From Acidobacteriota bacterium (GTDB taxonomy: Bacteria; Acidobacteriota; UBA890; WLXD01), in the NCBI GenBank assembly GCA_963666215.2, contig CAXWPL010000001.1, positions 512,001 through 576,000 on the forward strand: DNA of 64,000 nt, in the 5' to 3' direction. The stretch's first letter is position 1. Every line of letters begins with the position of its first letter. The notes below the pieces were generated by a model that was given only the letters and a program-made list of their open reading frames with translations, did not search any database and was not told the origin of the DNA. A program made the translations under genes and the position numbers. Positions 16,633 to 26,529 of the stretch are shown here, one piece after another.

Positions 16633-17709
16633 CTAGCGTGCCCAGTGGTTGGAGATCAGGCGCCGCATCTCGGGTGTTGACATCGCGAAATCGCGCGGTA
16701 TGCGGTCGCCTGGAAACCATTTCCACAAGAAGCCCCCGCGCACGCTGGGCTCGTTGGCGACCGCAACCAGAGCCACCTGCATGCAGAGCTGTTGCAGCAG
16801 GTCGGCGTGCTCGCCTCCGACCTGGTTGTTCCAGGGCTCGTAGGGCGCGAGCTCGGACCGGTTGTAGCCGAGCTCGGTGAACACGATTGGCTTGCCCGTG
16901 CGGTCGCCGTAGTTGCGCACCCGGGCCATGATGGCCGCCCATCCGGCCTCGAGCTCCTCGAGCGATGGAGGAACGTCCTGCTCGCCGCGGTCGACAACCG
17001 GGAAGTAGGCCTGGATGCCGATGGCGTCGAGCGCGTCCCAGAACGGCACCCGCTCGTAGTCGGTCCAGTTGGCCGCATACGTGAGCGGGCCGTCGTACTC
17101 ATCGCGCACCGCGGCGGTGATCTCGCGCCACTGCTCCTCGTGGCCGATGGTCCGATCGAGCTCCGTACCCACCACGAAGGCATCGGCGCCCTGGCTGAAC
17201 CTTGCCATCTTGCGAATCCAGGCCAGATAGCTGGTGAAGAAAAGCTCCCACTCTTCCGCCGAGTCGTACGCGATATCGCCGCGCCAGGAATAACTGCCCC
17301 AGTAGGCCAGGTGGGGCTTGATCATGATCTTCAAGCCCTGACGGTGGGCCTCCTCGATGGGCCGTCGTATCCATTCGGGAGCCTCGTTGCTGTCCCCCTC
17401 GCGATTACGCCACGTGACCTCACCCGTGCGATCGATGCGCGCGTACGGATGGATCGCGATCCAGTTCACGCCGATTCCTTTGAGGTCGGCTACCGTCGGC
17501 ACGATCGCATCGCTGCCCCAGTCGCTGCCGCCGCGTGAGGTCGACACTGTCATCCCCTGCATCGCCTCGGCGCCCCAAGGGTGCTGCGCCTCGGCTTGGG
17601 AACCAGGCCGCCAAGCTGCCGCCGGCTGCAGCGCGGCCGATGCCGACTGCAGGCCGACCAGGAGAAAGGTGCCCAGCGCGAGAGCCGAAAGTCCCGACCG
17701 AGGCCTCAT
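16633..17709 (-). CDS. Secreted GH113-like TIM-barrel glycoside hydrolase
   Basis: Signal peptide; MIKPHL, VGTEL, LTYAANW, FWDALDAIGIQAYFP, KPIVFTELGY. Confidence 0.8.
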   Translation of the reverse strand: MRPRSGLSALALGTFLLVGLQSASAALQPAAAWRPGSQAEAQHPWGAEAMQGMTVSTSRGGSDWGSDAIVPTVADLKGIGVNWIAIHPYARIDRTGEVTWRNREGDSNEAPEWIRRPIEEAHRQGLKIMIKPHLAYWGSYSWRGDIAYDSAEEWELFFTSYLAWIRKMARFSQGADAFVVGTELDRTIGHEEQWREITAAVRDEYDGPLTYAANWTDYERVPFWDALDAIGIQAYFPVVDRGEQDVPPSLEELEAGWAAIMARVRNYGDRTGKPIVFTELGYNRSELAPYEPWNNQVGGEHADLLQQLCMQVALVAVANEPSVRGGFLWKWFPGDRIPRDFAMSTPEMRRLISNHWAR

Positions 17710-17980
17710 GCGAGGGTGGCAAGCTCGGTAGGAGGAGCCTCTACAGGCGCCTGATTCGGGAGTTGTGGGCGGAAAGGATCGACAAGCATGCGTTGCCACT
17801 GGGGGATTCGTTGACGGGTTCCGGGCCGACGGGGCGCAGCGCTGCTGGCCGGTTCCGGATGTATCCGGGGCGCCCGGCACCACCTTATCGCGACTCGGAG
17901 GATTCGTCTTAGCCCGACAGACTTGCACCGCCTACGGCCGGCGTGCCAGCGCGACGCCTTCAGAGCCAAGACTTGACGCT

Positions 17981-18352
17981 CTTGTCACCTTCGCCGCGAT
18001 CGCGCTGTTGCTGTCGCTGATCGGCGTCTACGGCGTGTTGAGCTTCGCCGTGGGGCAACGCACCCACGAGATCGGCATCCGCATGTCGCTGGGCGCCGGA
18101 CGCGGCAGCGTGCTGCAGCTGGTGGTTGGGCGAGGGATGCGGCTTGTCGGTTTGGGACTGGCGATCGGTCTGGCGGCCGCCATGGGGCTGACGCGCTTCA
18201 TGCAGTCGCTGCTGCACGACGTGAGCGCCACCGATCCGCTGACCTACATAGCGGTTGCGCTGCTACTGGCCGGTGTCGCCGCGCTCGCCTGCACGATTCC
18301 GGCCGCACGCGCGGCGCGCGTCGACCCGATGATCTCGCTGCGGTCCGAATAG
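17981..18352 (+). pseudogene. C-terminal FtsX fragment of ADOP-type ABC permease
   Basis: FAAIALLLSLIGVYGV..QRTHEIGIRMSLGA..IPAARAARVDPMISLRSE; no upstream coding body. Confidence 0.8.
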
Positions 18353-18450
18353 CGCGCGAGATCCTGGACGAGATCAAATGTCGGAACCCAGGTAAACGGG
18401 CTATTGGGTGACGGGGTGACTCGACGGCGACGCCTGCGAGCCTGGCTGAG

Positions 18451-19404
18451 CTAGGACCGGCTCCGAACTGCCGCGGCGCCGACCGGACCGAGCCACTCGT
18501 CGATGAGATGCCGCGATATCGACGTGATGGGCGACAGTCGGAGCTCACCGTCGGCCACGCCCGCGAGAATTTCGTTGCGTTCGAACCAACGCGCCTCTTC
18601 GAGCTCGTCGTCCTGAATCTTCAGCTCGTCGCCGGCCGCCACCGCGCTGAACCCGAGCATCAGAGACGACGGGAAGGGCCAGGGCTGCGACGAGTTGTAA
18701 ACAATGTCGTGCACCGCGACACCCGTCTCCTCGAGCACCTCGCGACGCACACAGTCCTCGAGGCTTTCGCCGGGCTCTACGAAGCCGGCGAGCACCGAGA
18801 ACCAGCGCTTCGGCCATGTTGCCTGTCGACCCAGCAACACGCGCTCGCCGTGGGTCACACGCACGATGATCGCGGGGTCGGTGCGTGGAAAATGCTGGCG
18901 CCCACAGCCTTCCGCGCGGCAGCGACGTAAATAGCCTGCCTGCTCGACATCGGTAGACGCGCCGCAAGCGCCACAGTAACGATGTGTTTGGTGCCAATGC
19001 ACCATGGCGCGCGCGTACGCGGCCAGGCCAGCCTCGCGCGCCTCCATCAGAAGGCCAGCGCGACGTAAATCGACGAAGCTCGCGTGGTCGAGGCCGGAAT
19101 CGGAGGGCGTGGCGTCCTGGTCGGACCAATCGAGCGCGAAGTACACATGTTGGTCGTCGCGCCCCAGCAGAACACTGGCGACGCCGACGTCGGGGTCGGG
19201 GTCGGGCGCAACACCGCAGGCGCTCGCCTCCAGCAACACGAGACTCGGCGACTCATCGCTCGACAGCAGCGACTTCACTCCCGAAACGGGGACGAAGCGC
19301 GCTTCGGGTGATGTGCGGGCGCTCTCGACCCAGGCCGAATCGAGGCGGTGCAAGGCAAGGCGGTCGATCCACGAGCTGCCGTAGAAGTGTTGAGCTTTCG
19401 ACAT
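18451..19404 (-). CDS. nudC: NAD(+) diphosphatase
   Basis: Zn ribbon CGACG..C, FPRTDPAIIV, Nudix box GFVEPGESLEDCVRREVLEETG, SQPWPFPSS. Confidence 0.95.
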   Translation of the reverse strand: MSKAQHFYGSSWIDRLALHRLDSAWVESARTSPEARFVPVSGVKSLLSSDESPSLVLLEASACGVAPDPDPDVGVASVLLGRDDQHVYFALDWSDQDATPSDSGLDHASFVDLRRAGLLMEAREAGLAAYARAMVHWHQTHRYCGACGASTDVEQAGYLRRCRAEGCGRQHFPRTDPAIIVRVTHGERVLLGRQATWPKRWFSVLAGFVEPGESLEDCVRREVLEETGVAVHDIVYNSSQPWPFPSSLMLGFSAVAAGDELKIQDDELEEARWFERNEILAGVADGELRLSPITSISRHLIDEWLGPVGAAAVRSRS

Positions 19405-19432
19405 CGACCGTCTCTACCCTATGGTTGGTTCC

Positions 19433-20593
19433 ATGCCTCGCGCTCCACACCGATCCTCCGCCGTAGCTGGCATGCAGGGATCGCTGTTTTCCCAGCTCGC
19501 CCACCGGCTGCAGAACTTCGACGGCGAAGTGTATCCGCTGCACGTCGGCGACACCTGGATGGAGCCCGCGACCGGCTGCCGCATGCAAGATCTGGACGTT
19601 GCCGAGCACCCTGGCATGCACAAGTACGCGGCGCCCCACGGGCTCGGTGTGCTGCTCGACGCGCTCGTCGAGCGGGTTGCGACACGCACTGGCGTCCCAT
19701 GCGAGCGCGACGAGGTGCTGGTGGCGGCGGGGGCCACCGGAGCCCTTGGTGCTGTCGTTGGCGCCACCATCGACCCCGGCGACGAGGTGCTGCTCGTGGC
19801 GCCGTACTGGCCCCTCATCCGCGGCATCGTTGCGTCGGGGCGCGGCGTTCCGATCGACGTGCCCGTGATCGGCGAGGCCACCAGCGCCGCCGAGGCTGTG
19901 GCCGCACTGGAGGCGCGCATCACCGAGCGCAGCGCGGCGGTGTACCTCAGCACGCCCAACAACCCGACCGGCCGCGTGTTGCCTTCCGAATGGGTCGAAG
20001 CCATCGTGGAATGGGCCGTGCGGCAGGGGCTGTGGATCTACGCCGATGAGGTCTACGAGGACTACGTCTACGCCGGTGAGCACCGCTACTGTCGCAGCCT
20101 GGCTCACGCGCGTACGTTCTCGGTGCACTCCTTCTCGAAGGCTTTCGGCATGGCAGGTAACCGCTGCGGCTACGTGGCCGGACCCAGCGAGATCATGCGC
20201 GAGGTGCGCAAGATCAGCGTCCACAGCTTCTACAGCACCTCCACGGCGTCGCAGCTCGCCGGCGCACGCGCCCTGGACGGCCGTGGCGATGCCTGGGTAG
20301 CGCAGGCTCGGCCGCTCTACATGGCGCTCGGCAACTACGCCGCCGATAAGCTCGACGTGCCGCCGCCTGAGGGCAGTCAGTTCCTGTTCCTCGACGTTCG
20401 CGACCACCTGAAGAGCCCCGACGAGGCGGGACTTCTGGGCTTTCTCGAGCGTTGCGCCGAGCGTGGCCTCTTTCTCGCTCCCGGCGAGAGCTTCGGCCCC
20501 TACCCCACCCACGTCCGCGTGTGCTTCACCTGCGCCGAGCCCGAGGTCGTGCGCCGCGGCATCGATGTCTTTGCCGACATCCTGAGCGTGTAG
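19433..20593 (+). CDS. PLP-dependent aminotransferase class I/II
   Basis: TPNNPTG, DEVYE, SFSKAFGMAGNRCGY; alternative ATG at 19421. Confidence 0.9.
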   Translation: MPRAPHRSSAVAGMQGSLFSQLAHRLQNFDGEVYPLHVGDTWMEPATGCRMQDLDVAEHPGMHKYAAPHGLGVLLDALVERVATRTGVPCERDEVLVAAGATGALGAVVGATIDPGDEVLLVAPYWPLIRGIVASGRGVPIDVPVIGEATSAAEAVAALEARITERSAAVYLSTPNNPTGRVLPSEWVEAIVEWAVRQGLWIYADEVYEDYVYAGEHRYCRSLAHARTFSVHSFSKAFGMAGNRCGYVAGPSEIMREVRKISVHSFYSTSTASQLAGARALDGRGDAWVAQARPLYMALGNYAADKLDVPPPEGSQFLFLDVRDHLKSPDEAGLLGFLERCAERGLFLAPGESFGPYPTHVRVCFTCAEPEVVRRGIDVFADILSV

Positions 20594-20608
20594 GAGGGAC
20601 GGCGGAGC

Positions 20609-21880
20609 TCAGAAACGGAACCCCGAAGAGAAGTGCAGCCGCACGTCGTCTTCGAGATCGTAGGCAACGTCGACGTTGATCTGCACGAAGGCCGCGAGCA
20701 GGAACACGCCAATGCCGGCGCCGTCACGAAAGCGTGAGTCGCTGAGAGACGTTCCGTATTCCCAAACCGTGCCGATGTCGTAGAAGAAGCTCAGGCCGGC
20801 GCGACCGAATCCCATCGGCGACGTCAGCGGCACGCGCAGCTCGGCCGACCCAATCGCCAGACTGTCGCCCACGAAGGCGGCCGTCCTGTAGCCGCGCAGA
20901 GTGGAATAGCCGCCTAGGAACCGCTTTTCGTAGAGCGGCAATGCGGCGTCGGCCACGTGGTAGATGCCGCGAACCGCCAGCACAGACTGTCCGATCAGGC
21001 GCTTGTACCCCTGCAGCTCGAAGCGAAATTGGTTAACCGAGGGGCGCTCAGGCAACGCCTCGCCGGCAACCGCGCCGGCCGAAAAATCGAGACGCTGCCA
21101 GCCGGCGCTGGCGAAAACGGAATCGCGCGGAAAGGCGATGTCGGGCCGAGTATCGAACTGTATCGAGGCTCCGTAGTCCACGAACCGCTGGTCCAGATCG
21201 CCGAACTCAACGTCGGTCCAGCCACCGCGCAAGGCCAAACGGAACCTCGAAGTGAGCCGACGATCGACCTGCAGCCAGGCCTCGTACCGCCGATCGTTGA
21301 TCTCGTAATGAGGGTTCTCTCGCTGCAGGATGGCGGCACCGGACCGCAGCGTCAGGGTGTCGTCGTTGAAGCTCTTTTCGAGCTCGAGCGCCGCGCGACG
21401 CACGCCGCCCCAGGTCAGTGGAATCGAGAGGCGCTCGTCGGCCCCGAGCAGGTCGACCACGCTCGAGCGCAGGCCGTAGGTAAGTCCGTACTCCTCAGTT
21501 CCTTGAATGATCGGCAGAAAGAGGAACTTGCTCATCAACGGCTCGCGCTCGTGCACCAGCAGGATGAGCACCACTTCGTCGACACGGGTCAGCGACTGGT
21601 ACCGCTTGCGCACTTCCGATGAGTCGAAGCGCCCCGAGTCCGACAGACGACTCTCGATCGCGGCCAGCTCCTCGTCGCCAATCGGTCCGCCAATGGTGAT
21701 GCCGGCAATCTGCAGAATCTCCTCGTCGGAGATCGAATGGTTGCCATGCACACGCACGGACACAACACGCTCCGCATCCTGGGTGGAGGCGGAAGCGGTT
21801 GCTGTCACAGGCACGAGGCCGAGGCAGCTCAGCACGAATATCGCCGGAAGGACACGCCGGCCTCGTGACAGGCGGCTCAC
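20609..21880 (-). CDS. Omp85 (BamA/TamA)-family outer membrane protein with one POTRA domain
   Basis: Signal peptide, V.VHGN POTRA start, LGG..TLRGY motif, C-terminal GFRF. Confidence 0.8.
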   Translation of the reverse strand: MSRLSRGRRVLPAIFVLSCLGLVPVTATASASTQDAERVVSVRVHGNHSISDEEILQIAGITIGGPIGDEELAAIESRLSDSGRFDSSEVRKRYQSLTRVDEVVLILLVHEREPLMSKFLFLPIIQGTEEYGLTYGLRSSVVDLLGADERLSIPLTWGGVRRAALELEKSFNDDTLTLRSGAAILQRENPHYEINDRRYEAWLQVDRRLTSRFRLALRGGWTDVEFGDLDQRFVDYGASIQFDTRPDIAFPRDSVFASAGWQRLDFSAGAVAGEALPERPSVNQFRFELQGYKRLIGQSVLAVRGIYHVADAALPLYEKRFLGGYSTLRGYRTAAFVGDSLAIGSAELRVPLTSPMGFGRAGLSFFYDIGTVWEYGTSLSDSRFRDGAGIGVFLLAAFVQINVDVAYDLEDDVRLHFSSGFRF

Positions 21881-22920
21881 TGCTGCTCGGGTATCCGGAA
21901 GCGGACCGTCGCCGCCGCATCTGCCTGCTTGTATTCGTGGTACTCTAGGCGGTAGTCGAGCGTGAACGATCCAGCTGCCATCGTGGCCTTGCCGTAGGCC
22001 GTAATCAGCCGCGGCAGCCAGATGTCATCGTCGAACGGCCGATGCATGGTCATCGATGCTCGAATGTCGTCAAGCTGGACGAGCCAGCGGAGCGGCAGGT
22101 AGTCGAGTCCGACGTTGTCGAACGTGATCTTGACGATTTGGTGCGCCTCAGGGAGCACCCACATGGTGACCAGGCTGGTCTTTTCGAACTTGCGTGAATA
22201 GCTCTCGGCGAGCCGCTCGCCTGCATCCAGCTCGCCGTCGGCATCGTCGTCAAACTCCTCGTCGTCGAACATCCGCGTCGGGTAGTACTCGATGCGTACC
22301 ACGCGCATGTCGTCGATTTGCTCCCAGCCCGCGGCATAGTAGTTGCCCGGTTCGAAGCGGAAGCCGAGAAAATACTCGCGCTCGAGCGACTCTGCCGAGC
22401 TTTCCTCGCCGTCTGCTTCCGCGGCGTCGCGTCGCTCCGCAAGCTTCTTGGCTCGTCTCTCCTGTTCGCGCTTGCGCGCGCTCAACCAACTCTCCTCGTA
22501 GGCGATGCGCTCCGCGTCGGAAACCGGCCCGCCGTTGATACGGTCGGGGCTGCGGATCATATAACCGTCGCGGATGAACCAGGTGTACTCGCCCACTTGG
22601 CTCTCGAGCGTGATTCCGGCCGGCCCCTTCACGTCGAAGCTCTCGCGATCGCGCACCGTGTACTTGTACATGTCCTCGAGGTTCGCCCGCCGGCGGCGCA
22701 ATACGCGCTCCATGAAGGCGTCGATATCGGTATCGATGTCGGCCGCCACCTGGGGCATGGCCGCGCCGAGCTCCTCCGACTGCTGCAACCCGGCCGCGAA
22801 GCCAGGAGCAAAGTTACCGATGCCCGCGGCAACCGCGAGCACGGCAATCATCAGGCTCGTGTGCTTCCAGCGCGTAGAGCGGAGCGTGGGGGAAGACCCG
22901 GGCGAGAACATGCCTGCCAT
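21877..22920 (-). CDS. Hypothetical exported protein
   Basis: Long ORF with signal-like segment; 4-bp overlap with the Omp85 gene; start uncertain. Confidence 0.65.
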   Translation of the reverse strand: MAGMFSPGSSPTLRSTRWKHTSLMIAVLAVAAGIGNFAPGFAAGLQQSEELGAAMPQVAADIDTDIDAFMERVLRRRRANLEDMYKYTVRDRESFDVKGPAGITLESQVGEYTWFIRDGYMIRSPDRINGGPVSDAERIAYEESWLSARKREQERRAKKLAERRDAAEADGEESSAESLEREYFLGFRFEPGNYYAAGWEQIDDMRVVRIEYYPTRMFDDEEFDDDADGELDAGERLAESYSRKFEKTSLVTMWVLPEAHQIVKITFDNVGLDYLPLRWLVQLDDIRASMTMHRPFDDDIWLPRLITAYGKATMAAGSFTLDYRLEYHEYKQADAAATVRFRIPEQQ

Positions 22921-23154
22921 GCAACCAAACTCCAGACCCCCTCGGCAAGTGCACGCCCGAGGGAGCGCTGCCACCCGAGAGCGCGATGTCGCGAAACCTC
23001 GACGCCCGGCGCACCGTAACAGAACCCATCGGCGGCTCGCGGCGTCACACTCCTCAGAGCCGCACGCGAGACGCGTGCGCCAGCAAACGTCTTCTCGATC
23101 CGCTAACAAGAGGCCCGCCTCGCGGGCTCGCCCGACTCACCCGGAGAAAACCCG

Positions 23155-23973
23155 ATGAAACAGCTCGCCTCCCCCATGCGCCTCGCTGCCGCCACACTGG
23201 TCACTTTCGCCACCCTCGCGGCGGCGTCGGCTGGAAGTGCCGCCGTTGTCAACAACGCGCAGGACGACGAGTGCCAGTGGAGCGGAAGCATCGCCGCGGG
23301 CGATGCCATCGAGATCAAGGCCGCTAACGGCCCGCTCCGCGCCGAGATCGCGTTGGGCAACACCGTCGAGGTTTGGGCGACGAAAGAAGGTCCGGCCAAC
23401 GACCGCGCCGAGGTCGATATCGAGGTCGTCGAGCACGACGGCGGAGTCACGATTTGCACGATCTACCCCAGCAGCTGGGGCGGCGACAACTCGTGCGAGC
23501 CCGGGTCGGAAGGGCGCATCAGCTCGAACCGGAACAAGACCAAGGTCTCCTTTACCGTGCGCGTGCCGGCCGGAGTTCGCTTCGTTGGCACCACGATGAA
23601 CGGGATCGTGAGCGTCGAAGATCTTCAGAGCGATGTCGAAGCGACCACGATGAACGGCGCGATTAACGTCTCCACCACCGGGTGGGCACGAGCGACGACG
23701 ATGAATGGCGCGGTGGTCGCGCGCATGGGCCAGTCCAATTGGACGGGCGAGCTGGAGATCAAATCGATGAACGGCTCCGTAACCGTTGTGTTGCCCGCCA
23801 ACGCCAGCACCGAGATCAACGCCACCACGATGAACGGGCGCATCGAGTCAGACTGGTCGCTCGAGACGTCGGGCTGGCTCCGCAACAAGGCTCGCGGAAC
23901 GATTGGCAGCGGTGGCCGAAAGCTCGAGCTGTCGACCATGAACGGCGCGATCCGGATCCGACGATCGAACTGA
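23155..23973 (+). CDS. DUF4097 beta-strand repeat protein
   Basis: Signal peptide; repeated (T/S)MNG.(I/V) units. Confidence 0.85.
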   Translation: MKQLASPMRLAAATLVTFATLAAASAGSAAVVNNAQDDECQWSGSIAAGDAIEIKAANGPLRAEIALGNTVEVWATKEGPANDRAEVDIEVVEHDGGVTICTIYPSSWGGDNSCEPGSEGRISSNRNKTKVSFTVRVPAGVRFVGTTMNGIVSVEDLQSDVEATTMNGAINVSTTGWARATTMNGAVVARMGQSNWTGELEIKSMNGSVTVVLPANASTEINATTMNGRIESDWSLETSGWLRNKARGTIGSGGRKLELSTMNGAIRIRRSN

Positions 23974-24217
23974 GCCGCTGAGCCGGCAACGCCGGTCCCC
24001 TGCGCCCCCCCAATGGTCCGATGGAAGGCAGGCGCGACCCGTCGACACGCCCGAATTACGAGATCCATCCAAGGAACCCTCGAGCTCAGGTGCGGTGGCC
24101 CGCCTGGTCCCGACAGCCGGAATGCTGGCCGGGCCCGTACCGGCGTGGCACCCGCGTTACACGATGGGCGCGTGCGTAATTGTGAGCCGTGGGGCGTGGA
24201 GTGATATAAAGCTCGCC

Positions 24218-24895
24218 ATGAGTTCCGAGAAGAGTCCCGGCCACGCCACCAAGATGTCGCTTCCACAGCAGCTTCCGCTGTTCCCGCTCGCGGGAACCGT
24301 GCTGCTGCCGCGCTGTCGCCTGCCGCTCAACATCTTCGAGCCACGCTACCTGCAGATGTTCGAGGACGCGATCGGGGGCAATCGGCTGATTGGCATCGTG
24401 CAGCCACGCGACGAGGCCGAGGTTGAGGTTGAGGACCAAGAGCCGGAGATCGAACCGATCGGCTGCGCGGGACGGATCACCTCGTTCGAAGAAACCGACG
24501 ACGGACGCTATCAAATCAGCCTCACCGGAGTGTGCCGATTCAACGTCGCCCGCGAGGTCGAGACCCAGAAGCTATACCGGATGGCCGAGCCGGACTGGGA
24601 ACCGTTCGGAACCGACCTGCGCCCCGCCGACGAGCCGCTGATCGACCGCGAAGAACTGGTGTCCGGCCTACGCGCCTATTTCGACGCCAAGGGCTTCGAA
24701 GCAAACTGGCAGGTCATCGACGCCTCCGAGAGCTCGGCACTGGTCAACTCGCTCGCCATGATCTGTCCGTTCGACGCCAGTGACAAACAGGCTCTGCTCG
24801 AGGCCGGCGACATCTCTGAGCGCGGCCGCCTGGTGATCGCGCTCATGAACATGGCCGTCCTGCCGAGCGGCGGACAGACCGAGCTGCTCCACTAG
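24218..24895 (+). CDS. LON peptidase substrate-binding domain protein
   Basis: LPLFPL, LPLNIFEPRY, ETDDGRY, KQALLEA. Confidence 0.9.
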   Translation: MSSEKSPGHATKMSLPQQLPLFPLAGTVLLPRCRLPLNIFEPRYLQMFEDAIGGNRLIGIVQPRDEAEVEVEDQEPEIEPIGCAGRITSFEETDDGRYQISLTGVCRFNVAREVETQKLYRMAEPDWEPFGTDLRPADEPLIDREELVSGLRAYFDAKGFEANWQVIDASESSALVNSLAMICPFDASDKQALLEAGDISERGRLVIALMNMAVLPSGGQTELLH

Positions 24896-24925
24896 GTTCC
24901 GGTCGGGGCCAACGCCGCGCGAGGT

Positions 24926-26290
24926 CTATTGCGGCAGGTAGGCAATCTCGGCGTTGGTCTGCGAGCCGAGCATTTCGGAAAAGCTATCGTCGTTCAGATC
25001 GGTGAACGTACCGAAGAAGCGCGACCCGAAATAGTTGTTCTTGGCGCCACCAACGAACCTGCGTAACGGCTCCCCAGTCGCGGAGCTGCTGACGACCACG
25101 CGCCCCCTACGCGTCTTGCCGCGGCCGTTGCCAATCGCCAAAGACCCGGCTGCCAGATCCAGTAAGCCGTCGCCGTCGAAGTCGTTGGCGATGCCAATCG
25201 ATACGCCCAACCAGTCGTTGGCCCGCGTGCCATCGATACGGTAGAGCAGACTGCGATCCGCTCCAGAGAACACGAAGAGCGAGCCAGCGTCTTCCAAGCC
25301 ACCCACGTCGGTCGTCGGCGCGCCGATCACCCAGTCGACAATGCCATCCGCCGTCACGTCGAGCGTCGCCACCGAAAAGCCAAAGAAGTCTGCATCGGGC
25401 GGCGCGTCGATTCGATTGAGAACCGTCCCGTCGGCGCCCGAAAGTACGAATACCCGCCCGCGCGGGCGGCGCCCGGTTCGGCCCGGCGCTCCAACCAGGA
25501 GATCCGTCACGCCGTCGCCGTCAACATCGCCCGTCGCACGCAGCGAATAACCCAGGTGCCCGGCCGCCACGGTGCCGCGTCGCAGCCATTCCCGGCCGGT
25601 GGTGACGCTGTCGAAGAAGTGTACGGCGCCGGCCGCGGCCTTGGAGCCGTTGCGCTGTCGTGGAGCGCCCACGCCGAAGAACTCGTTCCACAAGTTCAGG
25701 GACGACGACGAGCTGCCCGGCGCGATGTCCCAACCAAACAGCGACTGCGACGGCCCCTCGAGCCGGGCGCGCTGCGACAACCTCCCCGGGCCACCTTGGA
25801 GAAGGATGACCGTCGGCAGGATGTCGCTGTCGGGAGTTGAGGGCGCGCCAACTGCCCAATGCGCCGAGATCGCGTTTCTCACGTGGCCAAGGTTGACGAT
25901 TTGGTGCCCGAGCCGACGAACAGGTTCCGACAAATCGGTGGGAGCCACGTTGTAGACGCGACTCGCGTCGGCCTCGTCGACCACCCAGACGGTGCCGAAG
26001 TCGGGGGCCTTTGGGCGATTGAACCCCGGTGCGCCCACCACCAACTGCGCCGTATCGCTGCCAGGAACCACGTCGAACCCCACCGACGTCCCGAACTCAT
26101 CGCCAACGCGTGTTCCGGTATAGCGCCGCAAAATCGAGCCGTCGGCGCCAGATCGAACGACAATCTCGCCTGTGCGCGCCTCGCCCTCTTGCGCACGTAC
26201 CGCGTCCGAGCTCGCGAGTGGTATCAGGGCGGCAACCGCCAAAGTGGCAACGAGCGAGATCTTGGCGCTTCTATTCGGCGCGTTGCGCAC
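24926..26290 (-). CDS. FG-GAP repeat (integrin alpha-like) secreted protein
   Basis: Repeated FG...VGAP and GDVDGDGVTDLLVGAP motifs; signal-like N-terminus. Confidence 0.85.
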   Translation of the reverse strand: MRNAPNRSAKISLVATLAVAALIPLASSDAVRAQEGEARTGEIVVRSGADGSILRRYTGTRVGDEFGTSVGFDVVPGSDTAQLVVGAPGFNRPKAPDFGTVWVVDEADASRVYNVAPTDLSEPVRRLGHQIVNLGHVRNAISAHWAVGAPSTPDSDILPTVILLQGGPGRLSQRARLEGPSQSLFGWDIAPGSSSSSLNLWNEFFGVGAPRQRNGSKAAAGAVHFFDSVTTGREWLRRGTVAAGHLGYSLRATGDVDGDGVTDLLVGAPGRTGRRPRGRVFVLSGADGTVLNRIDAPPDADFFGFSVATLDVTADGIVDWVIGAPTTDVGGLEDAGSLFVFSGADRSLLYRIDGTRANDWLGVSIGIANDFDGDGLLDLAAGSLAIGNGRGKTRRGRVVVSSSATGEPLRRFVGGAKNNYFGSRFFGTFTDLNDDSFSEMLGSQTNAEIAYLPQ

Positions 26291-26529
26291 GGGGAACTCC
26301 GGCGGCCATCGCAGGCGCGGATGAACGGGTGAGGGCTGGTGCGAACCGAAACCGTAGCCGCAAATGGCCCCCGCGACAAGGGCGGGCGACGACGACAACC
26401 ACCTACAACCGTGATCGAGACGATACTCTCGGGCGCATGCGATCGCAGCTCATGCGCCAAGATTCACGCGACTCGAGTGACTCGAGGACCCTGGAGAGCT
26501 CTCGCTAACCGCTTGCCCGCAGGCCACCC

